From the NCBI RefSeq assembly GCF_963676685.1, contig NC_092348.1, positions 55,118,001 through 55,182,000 of the forward strand: a stretch of DNA of 64,000 bases, written 5' to 3'. Positions 40,848-49,408 of the stretch are shown piece by piece. Every line of letters begins with the position of its first letter. Within the stretch, counting starts at the first letter, position 1. This DNA comes from Mytilus edulis. Taxonomy: Eukaryota. The notes below the pieces were generated by a model that saw only the letters and a list, made by a program, of their open reading frames with translations, did no database searches and was not told where the DNA came from. Both the position numbers and the translations under genes were made by a program.

Positions 40848-43745
40848 TCATAAATTTCTTAACTGATACATGACTGACTCCCAATGACGGTCTATACTAA
40901 TTTTAAAGGCTTCCACAGTTTTTGATGAAATAACTTCAACTGGTAGGTTATTCCAATCATTAATAATTCGTTGTGAGAAATGTCTTAATCGAAAAGAAGT
41001 GTTACATCTAGGTTTTGCTAATTTCCAATTATGCCCACGGGTATTTGTACTGATGACAGTAAAAAATCTTTCGTAAGATATATCTTCGAATCCTTTTAAT
41101 ATTTTGAAAGCTTGTATCATATCACCTCTTCGCCTTCTGTGAGTTAGGGAAGGTAGTTTAAGTACTTTTAATCTGTCTTCATAGCTTAAATGTCGTATAT
41201 CAGGAATTAATTTAGTTGCTCTCATCTGCACTTTTTCTACAGCATTAATATCTTTCTTTAAATGCGGATACCATATTGTATTTCCATATTCCACGTGTGG
41301 TCGTACCAACGCAACGTATAGTCTTAAAAATGTATATTGATCTTTAAAGATAAAAGTTCGGTTAATTAGCCCAAGTATACTATTGGCTTTATTTATTTTA
41401 CTTGATATATGTTGAGAAAATTTAAGATCATTTTGAAAAATAATTCCAAGATCCTTTTCTTGTTCATCTTTAATGATATCAATATTGTTCATGGTATAAA
41501 CATTTTCAGGATTATTTCTTCCATAATGGATTTGTTTACATTTGTTCACATTAAATTTCATGTCCCATAACTTGGACCAATCGTAGAGGGCATCTAGATC
41601 ATTCTGTAAGACATCAGATTTAGAAGTAGGTGCATAAATTTTAGTATCGTCTGCGAAAATTTTTACTATAGACTCCACAACATCTGGTAAATCATTTATG
41701 AATATAATGAAAAGAACAGGTCCAAGTACACTGCCTTGGGGCACTCCACTAATTACATTTTGCCATTCAGATTTTTCCCCTTTCACCGCAACTTGTTGTC
41801 GACGTCCAGTTAAAAAGTCAGTTATCCATTCTAATATAGATCCACGAATACCGTATGAATACAGTTTCTTTAGTAATCTTTTATGTGGCACTTTATCGAA
41901 AGCTTTGGCAAAATCGAGATATAATGTGTCCCAGGATATATTATTATCCATATATAATGACCAGTCTTCCATGACATCAAGTAATTGTAATATACATGAT
42001 CTTCCAGAGCGAAAACCAAACTGTGAGTCTGATAACAAATTATTGGTTATTAAATGATCAATCATTTCCTTCCGTATAACCTTTTCCAAAGTTTTACAAA
42101 CAATTGAAGTTAGACTGACCGGTCTGTAATTTCCCGCATCCAGTTTACTACCTTTATTCTTAAAAAGTGGGGTAACTCTAGCATCTTTCCATTCTTTTGG
42201 AATTTTTCCAGTGTCAATGGACTTTTGAAATATCAAAGTCAAAGGTTTAGAAAATGTATTTGCCATACTCTTTACTATTAACGGATGAATATTATCTGGA
42301 CCCATAGACTTGCTTCCATTTAATAAAAGTAGATATTTTTCAACTGTATCTTGATTGATCCCAAAGTGGTCTAAAGATGATTCAAAATTTCTCTCTTCAA
42401 TATTAGGTATATTATTTGGATTTTCAGCAGTAAATACACTGGTAAAAAAGTCATTTAATACAGTCGCTTTTTCCTTGTCGGAAGTAGTTAAGTTCCCATT
42501 TGGTTTCATGAGGTTTGATACTGCTGATTTTGATTTCACTTTACTTTTGACATATGTCCAAAAATGTTTTGGCTCAGTTTTAGCTTTTGATGCCACCAAC
42601 TTCTCATATTCCTTTTTTGCTTTTCGAACGTTCTCATTTGCCCTGTTTCTAGCAACTTTATAAAAATCAAAATCTACTGCTCGTCTAGTAGCCAAGTATC
42701 TTGACCAGGCCTTTTGTTTGCGTTTTATATTGCTCAGACAATCAAATGTTAGCCATAATGGTTTAGGTTGACAACCCGGTTTAGGATTAGTTTTCGGTAT
42801 ATACGTTTCGACACATTTTTTATATTTTTCATAAAATATTTTCCACATCTTGCTTATGTCTTTATCTTCAAAAGAACTATCCCAATCAAAATTGCTAAAG
42901 TCTTCAGAAAATTTTTCGAAGTCACATTTGGAATATTTATATTTCGATTTACCAGTTTCATATTCATTGAAAGAGTACAAAAAGTCAAATGTAATGGTAG
43001 CATGATCACTAAGTCCCAGTGGAGCATCAATATTAATATTGTCAATATTGCTTTCATCTTTTGTAATAACTAAATCTAGAGTTCTACACATCTGATTTTC
43101 CCTAAATCTTGTAGGTTTATCTATATGTTGATATAGAAAATTGTCGCGTAAAGCTTCAATAAAAGTATGTTCGTAATGGTCCTCAGAGTGAGGCGTAGTC
43201 CAAAAGTTCCAATCAATATCACGCATATTAAAGTCTCCCGTTATTAAAATATTGTTATACAATCGAGCTGCTTCATTCAAAAGTCCAATAATATTTAAAC
43301 ATGAGTTTTGATTTGATGGGCTTCTGTATATTGAGCCTATCAATACAGTCTTATTGTCTTTTACCCAATTACACCATGAGGCATCATCATAAAGCGAATT
43401 CATATATTCATTTGGTGAGACACAGAAATTACTTTTTGCATAAATAATAACTCCCCGTCCTGTATTTTTACTCAGATAAGCTATATAGCCTTCAATGTTA
43501 AATAATGGAGAAATGCAATCTATATCAATATTTGTTTTTGGCAAAACTTCTGTTATAAAAATAAAATCTGGTTTCACGACCTGTATTTGTGCTTCAAGTT
43601 CATCAATTTTATTACGTAATTGATCAGCATTGGTGTACATACACTTTACTTTGTTTACAATTAAAGGGTTAATATTTCGATCTAAATCATCAATATTATT
43701 TTGCCTGTTATTTTCTGTACTTTCGGAAGTACTATCACTTATCAC
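40848..43745 (-). CDS. LINE ORF2p: apurinic-like endonuclease and reverse transcriptase, uninterrupted (reading frame is open up to 44075)
   Basis: APE motifs YTNA..L.NK, FITE, IYRSP, GDFN, SDH. RT motifs NYRPVSLTS, QFGFR, YLDFAKAFDKVPH, GVPQGSVLGP, FADD, KDLG. Confidence 0.97.
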   Translation of the reverse strand: MISDSTSESTENNRQNNIDDLDRNINPLIVNKVKCMYTNADQLRNKIDELEAQIQVVKPDFIFITEVLPKTNIDIDCISPLFNIEGYIAYLSKNTGRGVIIYAKSNFCVSPNEYMNSLYDDASWCNWVKDNKTVLIGSIYRSPSNQNSCLNIIGLLNEAARLYNNILITGDFNMRDIDWNFWTTPHSEDHYEHTFIEALRDNFLYQHIDKPTRFRENQMCRTLDLVITKDESNIDNINIDAPLGLSDHATITFDFLYSFNEYETGKSKYKYSKCDFEKFSEDFSNFDWDSSFEDKDISKMWKIFYEKYKKCVETYIPKTNPKPGCQPKPLWLTFDCLSNIKRKQKAWSRYLATRRAVDFDFYKVARNRANENVRKAKKEYEKLVASKAKTEPKHFWTYVKSKVKSKSAVSNLMKPNGNLTTSDKEKATVLNDFFTSVFTAENPNNIPNIEERNFESSLDHFGINQDTVEKYLLLLNGSKSMGPDNIHPLIVKSMANTFSKPLTLIFQKSIDTGKIPKEWKDARVTPLFKNKGSKLDAGNYRPVSLTSIVCKTLEKVIRKEMIDHLITNNLLSDSQFGFRSGRSCILQLLDVMEDWSLYMDNNISWDTLYLDFAKAFDKVPHKRLLKKLYSYGIRGSILEWITDFLTGRRQQVAVKGEKSEWQNVISGVPQGSVLGPVLFIIFINDLPDVVESIVKIFADDTKIYAPTSKSDVLQNDLDALYDWSKLWDMKFNVNKCKQIHYGRNNPENVYTMNNIDIIKDEQEKDLGIIFQNDLKFSQHISSKINKANSILGLINRTFIFKDQYTFLRLYVALVRPHVEYGNTIWYPHLKKDINAVEKVQMRATKLIPDIRHLSYEDRLKVLKLPSLTHRRRRGDMIQAFKILKGFEDISYERFFTVISTNTRGHNWKLAKPRCNTSFRLRHFSQRIINDWNNLPVEVISSKTVEAFKISIDRHWESVMYQLRNL

Positions 43746-44049
43746 ACTACCATCATTGCTTATATAATCAGATTCACTTGCATTGTCATTTTCTGCATTA
43801 TCAAAGTTATTAAAAAATGCATTATCTTGCGTACTATCTTTAGCACTCTCAGATGTACTGTATCTTATTTCACCACCCTTTTCGCATATATCATCAGATT
43901 CACTTGCTGAATCAACATTTGATGTACTTGCATTGTCATTTTCTGCATTATCAAAGTTATTAAAAAAATTAACTGTAACATTTGAACTGTAACAAAAACC
44001 AACTGGAATTAACGTATTTACATGTTGTTTGATCTTTTCTATAGAAAGT

Positions 44050-44940
44050 CTACGGTCGAAAATTGGCAGTCTGACCTAAACCGCCACTTTCAACACTACT
44101 AGCTGTATTTGTCATACTAGACTGACCAGAAATGTCTTTTCTTTCAATGATTTTCCCCCGGAAAATTACCAAGTTTGCATTGTTTGTTGCTTTTTTCTTC
44201 CTCTCTAGCTCTTTTCTCAGCTCAGTGTTAATATCTCTCTCTTCTTTTGTCAAGTCAGGGGTAATATAACTATTGTTCCATTTATGTACAGTATACCCAT
44301 CACTGTTTTTCCTTCTTAACAATTTAGAGTTCCCTAGAACTTTATGCTTATTTACAACGGAGCCAACAGTTACTTTCATCAGTCTTGGTTTACTCTCATT
44401 TGGTTTACCCAATCTTATAAATGATTTAATTTCAACTTCATCACTCTGAACAGTGTGCAATATATCTTTTAATGAAATTTCATCATCTCTTTTCTTATTA
44501 TCAGTACTACAATCTGGTTCTGGGACATTGTGAATTATTAAGTTACATTTTCTTTCTTCTCTGTCCCTAAACGACTCAAAGGCTCTTTCAACTCTTTGGT
44601 CAATTTTAACATCCATGCTGGATTCAACTACTTTCAATTTAGTATCAAGTTCTTCAAAAAGTACCCTTTGTCTCTCAATGTGTAACCCTAACTCATTTAA
44701 TTTTGGTAATACGCGGACACATCCATCACAGTTAAATGGCAAATTAGGGGTCGACTCGGTTTTCAGTAACTCATATAATTTTGCTGAAACGTGGCTACAC
44801 TCTATGCAGAACCAATATCGGCATATATTACAGTTCATACATTTTTGATTTTTCTTAAATGTTTCTTCACATTGGGCACAAGATTTGTTGTTAATTGAGG
44901 TCGGCATGGTGCCTGTCTTTGGAGTTGCTGTTTTACTCAT
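44050..44940 (-). CDS. LINE ORF1p: PHD-type zinc finger, coiled coil and RRM-like domain (296 aa)
   Basis: Cys pattern CAQC...CNIC...FCIEC...CDGC, followed by RKCNLIIHNVPE, RLGK, PRLMKV and ITPDLTKEER motifs typical of CR1/L2 ORF1. Confidence 0.9.
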   Translation of the reverse strand: MSKTATPKTGTMPTSINNKSCAQCEETFKKNQKCMNCNICRYWFCIECSHVSAKLYELLKTESTPNLPFNCDGCVRVLPKLNELGLHIERQRVLFEELDTKLKVVESSMDVKIDQRVERAFESFRDREERKCNLIIHNVPEPDCSTDNKKRDDEISLKDILHTVQSDEVEIKSFIRLGKPNESKPRLMKVTVGSVVNKHKVLGNSKLLRRKNSDGYTVHKWNNSYITPDLTKEERDINTELRKELERKKKATNNANLVIFRGKIIERKDISGQSSMTNTASSVESGGLGQTANFRP

Positions 44941-45629
44941 TATGTTTTTTTCTGAATGAAATGTTAGTTAAAAAGATATGTCAATGTTGTGTTGAAGCTT
45001 TCATGGAGAAAATGTTAATAGGGACACCAAATTTATGCAGGATTGATTCAGATTTTTAAAAAAAATTAGGGGCACCAAAAAAAAACCTTTTGCTGTCTTC
45101 GCCGGAACCGGAAGTTTATAATATAGAAGAACATTAAACAGGCTATTATTTGAACTTGGAATTATTTTTAATTATGGAATTTGCTTGAAATTATAAACAG
45201 GTACTGTTTATTTTTATCTAGTATGTTTTTAAGGGCCCTACATTATCTGTGCCAGTGGGCTCTTAATCGATGTCATTTGATATAAAGTCGGCTTACTGAA
45301 CATTGGGTTCTAAGTTCAATATCCCTAATGGCACATTAGAAAATATGTTATTTTTAAAAGGATAATCATGTTTTTTTATTATTTATACAGTAGTGCATCT
45401 ACGCGTTCATTTACTGGGATCTGTTCAGAACTGTAAATATTAAATAAAAATTGTACGTAAAGGTCGAAAATATTACTATATATTTGAGATATTAAAGAAA
45501 ATATAGTAACTGTGATTCATATGAAAATGAATCTGTGCACTGTTGACATAGAATTACAAATATAGTATACGTTGACAGTATTATTCATTGAACACAAAGA
45601 ATTAATATGAAAATAAGCATTTAGAATTT

Positions 45630-45860
45630 ACCTTTTTCACCTGGTTTGCTATCTTTTTGTCATGAATATGAAGCGTCTGTTTTAACGCCACAATGCTCAC
45701 AGCATCTACAGCATGACAGATGCTCACGTGAGCGCCCTCTGTTATCATCAAGACACTTATTCCACCGGAAGCGAATGAATGTTTACATTTCCGGATATTC
45801 CAAACTGCAAATCCTGTTGAACATTAAACTTTAGGTTCAAATTTCCACATTTAAAGGTAA
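45630..45860. promoter_or_regulatory. Putative bidirectional promoter and divergent non-coding first exons of Piezo (-) and TMEM276 (+)
   Basis: Palindromic E-box GCTCACGTGAGC (45722-45733), CTCF-like AGCGCCCTCTG (45731-45741) and ETS sites CCGGAAG (45765) and TTTCCGG (45788). Flanked by outward-facing donors AAG|gtaaat (minus, 45632) and AAG|gtaatg (plus, 45856). Confidence 0.55.
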
Positions 45861-46703
45861 TGACACCTTAAATAAATCCACCTGTTAAGAAGATTCAAGT
45901 CCAACAATTTATGGTCGCACTAGCACAAATACTGAAACCTATTACTTATTTCATAAAAACTCTCATATTATTCATTTATTGCAAGATCAACAATTTGTTG
46001 TAAGCAAGAAACAGAATTAGACTATGCATGCTTATTCAGTCACAGTAGTAAATCTCTAAACAAATTATACAACAGCAAAAAAAAGTTCCTAAAGAAGTGA
46101 TCAGCTTGATCAAAAAAAATCATAGATACATGATTTTTCTTATTTGATGACTTGTTTAAAATATTGATTTTCTTATTCTTGTTTAAAATACAATCCAATC
46201 TATTCTGTTATCCGAACATACAGGCATTTTTAAAATCAGTTTTCTCCCTTTCTTAGTAACGCTGATTTCCGTTGATAAGGTGGTAAAACATTGTTAGCAT
46301 GCTTATCGTTTTTACTTTTAGAGAACAGGCCGGATTGCCAACTTTTAATAAAGTTTCTAGTGAATGAATATGTATGGTTTTTTTGTGTAGATATGGTCAA
46401 GCCTTGTTGTAATGTAGGTTGTAAAAATCCGCGTAACTTGAAAAGTTGAAATAATTATTAATCCTTAACACTAAAAATGCAGCTACAAATTGTCAATCTT
46501 TAATTACTCTCTTTGTATATATATATACATTGTAATTTAATTATAATCTGCAGGAAAATAAATTAAAACCATTCTTATTATTTCATTTTTTTTTCTTTCT
46601 ACTGTAGTAGAAATGAAGACGACTTACCGTGTGAGAAATCTGAGAATAAAAAAATCTAAAAAAAAACCAGAATATCAGCTAGATGGGAAATTGGGATATA
46701 TAT

Positions 46704-46872
46704 GAGGGGGATAGGACCTTTATCGGGACTCCAGGATCGGGTGTTTTTAAGCTCGGGATTTTAGGATTGACCCTTTCGGGATCCGGGAATTCTTTTTTCG
46801 AATTTCGGGACCTCAGGATTTCGGGTTTTTAAGCCCGGGATTTCGGGAACAGGACCCCTCCTACCCCTTCTC
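46704..46872. mobile_element. GAG..CTC MITE with 6-bp TSD ATATAT
   Basis: Imperfect TIRs gagggggatagga / tcctaccccttctc, with internal ttcgggat repeats. Confidence 0.75.
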
Positions 46873-48793
46873 ATATATTTGATCTAGTTTTGTGAATATT
46901 CCTGTTCAACAAAAATATGCTGCCAGTGAAAACAAAGCCATGAGTGATCTTATGCCTTGTTTAATTTTCCCTAATCGAGGTCATGTGCAAATTAAGTTGG
47001 GTAATAAAAATGTTAACATCAAAGAAACGTTAAGAAAGATAAATTAACCTGGTCATCTGGTCATACTCACGGGTTATTACAAGGTATATACATGCGAAGT
47101 TAAGGATAACAGTGATAATTAAGACTACTAGAATTTGTCCTAAACGAATCAATTAACAACAAATGTTATTTTGTTAATTCAGAAATGCGAACGAAGACAT
47201 TACTCAAGGTGTATGAATATTTATTGATTGAGGTGATTTTAGGACATCAATAAAAAATAAAATGCATGTTAAAAAAAATGTTATATATAGTACATATTAA
47301 TAAAAGATCTGAAAACATTAATTCACAGAAAAACTTTTTTTCACATATTTTTGAATAATTTGGCTAATGTCAAAAGAAAAACACATATAACACTCAAACA
47401 GAGAAATAAGATAGTTTTTCACGCGGGTTGGTGATTTTTAGATTATAAAATCATTCTACATGGCATATATATCATATACATCTTATTATTCATTCTACTA
47501 ATATATCTACATAATGTACATGCATGTCACTAGCAAAAGCATCCTTCCTTCGTTTTTCTTCATTTCTTAGCATCTCCGTCAAAGAGGACAAAAGGGGAAA
47601 AAATGCAAAATGAATGTGAAGAAGGAAAAAAAATCAACTTCGCATCACCAGATCTAGCAGTACAAAGTTTGAAATTGGTGTTGAATCAGGATGTAGTGAA
47701 GGAACAAAGAAAAATAAATATAAAGCAACTTTTCCTGTGTCACCTATGCCTGTAACAACACCCATTTCTCCATTGCAATGGGCATCTGAACAAGATATGA
47801 GCTTGCTATACTGTTTGGGATTTTTTGGTTGTCAGTAAATTTTATTTTTTTCTGTGCATAATTTGAAGATAACTGTAAAGTTTATTTTAAGCTTTGCTTA
47901 CGAACAAAGGTGTTTAGTTTACCTTAAAAGCGACTTGTAGAACAATCACACCTCTTGCATTTTCATAATCAGCTATTCGTGACATTGACAATATAGGATG
48001 AAAAATGTTGTCCTGCATTTTTTTTAGCTGTAATCTCTGTCCTGCCTTTTTATTTTTCTGTCTGTTCAGTCCTGCCTTTTTTTTTTTTTAGTTTATCCTG
48101 ACTTTTTTTTACCTAAATTGTCATCCTGACTTTTTTTTTTTGCAAGTGTCTCATCCTGCCTTTTTTTTTACTCAAAACTCCTGTCCTGCCTATTTTTTTC
48201 AAATTTCATCCTAGCCCCCCTATACAAATCAAATGGTAGCTCCCTAAGAAATGTTTATTGCTAATAATTAACAGGTTCTATTATATAAAGTACCCCTCAG
48301 ATATATAGGGTGATCAGCGTATCGATGGAAAAATGTCACCTACAGTGATGCCCGGATGCTGTATCTAAGTAGCTGCTATGTCACGCCGGATAAGAGAATA
48401 TCTAAATTATTATAGATTTGAAAAATTCAAGAGTGGTAGTGAAGCCAAAAAGATGAATATTACAAACTTAGATCATATGTGTCTTCTGTTATCATATAAG
48501 CAAATACCACTTCTTATTGTCTGTGTGGCTTATTGCATGCCATGCTGTCTTGAAATGAAAGCCATAAGTCCATTGCCGAACAAGATTAGTGCAGAAACGT
48601 TAAAAAAACCTGATAAGTCCCTCATCATTCTACATAGTGTGTCATGTTTATTTATTTCTTACCGGTAGATGTTATTTCTCATATAAAATATTCTTCTGTA
48701 TACACCCCTGTAATTGTAATGAGATGGTCATGAAATAAACAAATTAATTAAATGTAAATAATGAGTTTACACTTTTCTTTTGTAGATTTGATA

Positions 48794-49408
48794 ATGCCTC
48801 GGCAACTGAGTACCTCACTCAGTGATCTCATCCTAGCTATTTCAGCATTTTATGTTGCAAACCAGTTATATAATCACCATCTTAAGCCATCTATTGGACT
48901 AATTATCCAAGGAATAGCAGCGTCTGTTGGCATCATTAGATTTAGCATGGAAAACCCAGAAGGATCTCTGATTTTCAAAGGCCATAAATTCTTTTCATGG
49001 TTAGCAGCCACATTTGGTGTTCCGACAATAGCTTTAGGATTTTGTGGCATTTATGGTTCAGCTGTCTTAGCAAACAAGATAATAATATTTGTTGGCATTG
49101 TTGCTGTATCTTCCTTCTTTTTACCAACAAATATGAGACAGCTGACAACTCAAGCTGTCAGTGGATTTGCAATGTTGACAATCCTTCTGCTGTGCTTTAT
49201 GAACAGAAATTGGTATGGTCTTGGTGCTGCAGTACTGTATGTTGTTTCTGGATTGATTGGAGGGTCAGATGGACAGATAGGACCATTTTACAAAGTAGAC
49301 ATCCTTCATTATGGTCTTGTTATTGGAAATTTAATGTTTTGGTACTCATTTCCAACGGTGGACCCACCACCTAATAGCAATACAAAACATTATTTGCAAA
49401 ATTTTTGA
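48794..49408 (+). CDS. TMEM276: TMEM276-like multi-pass membrane protein (204 aa, single coding exon)
   Basis: The acceptor ttttgtag at 48785 precedes ATG 48794, so the ORF-track start at 48761 is intronic. Colinear similarity to human TMEM276 as recalled: STSLSDLIL~STALSHLVL, GLIIQGIAA~GFLLQVLAA, WLAATFGVP~WVATVIGLP, TILL...NWYG~TILI...NTYG, KVDI~KEDV. Confidence 0.8.
   Translation: MPRQLSTSLSDLILAISAFYVANQLYNHHLKPSIGLIIQGIAASVGIIRFSMENPEGSLIFKGHKFFSWLAATFGVPTIALGFCGIYGSAVLANKIIIFVGIVAVSSFFLPTNMRQLTTQAVSGFAMLTILLLCFMNRNWYGLGAAVLYVVSGLIGGSDGQIGPFYKVDILHYGLVIGNLMFWYSFPTVDPPPNSNTKHYLQNF

Larger units (their letters stand above)
40677..45118 (-). mobile_element. Apparently full-length CR1-group non-LTR retrotransposon (LINE), sense to Piezo, in the putative first Piezo intron
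   Basis: Two intact ORFs; 3' stem-loop (aaggat-cct-atcctt near 40720-40734); tandem 3' tail (ATCTTACAGGT)x2 at 40677-40700. The 5' end is estimated at the CCGGAACCGGAAG motif (45102-45114). No clear TSD. Confidence 0.9.

Noticed and set aside
41698-44848. Plus-strand ORFs 41698, 42355, 42768, 43701, 43783 and 44615
   Set aside because: They are antisense shadows of the LINE ORFs with no independent protein features.
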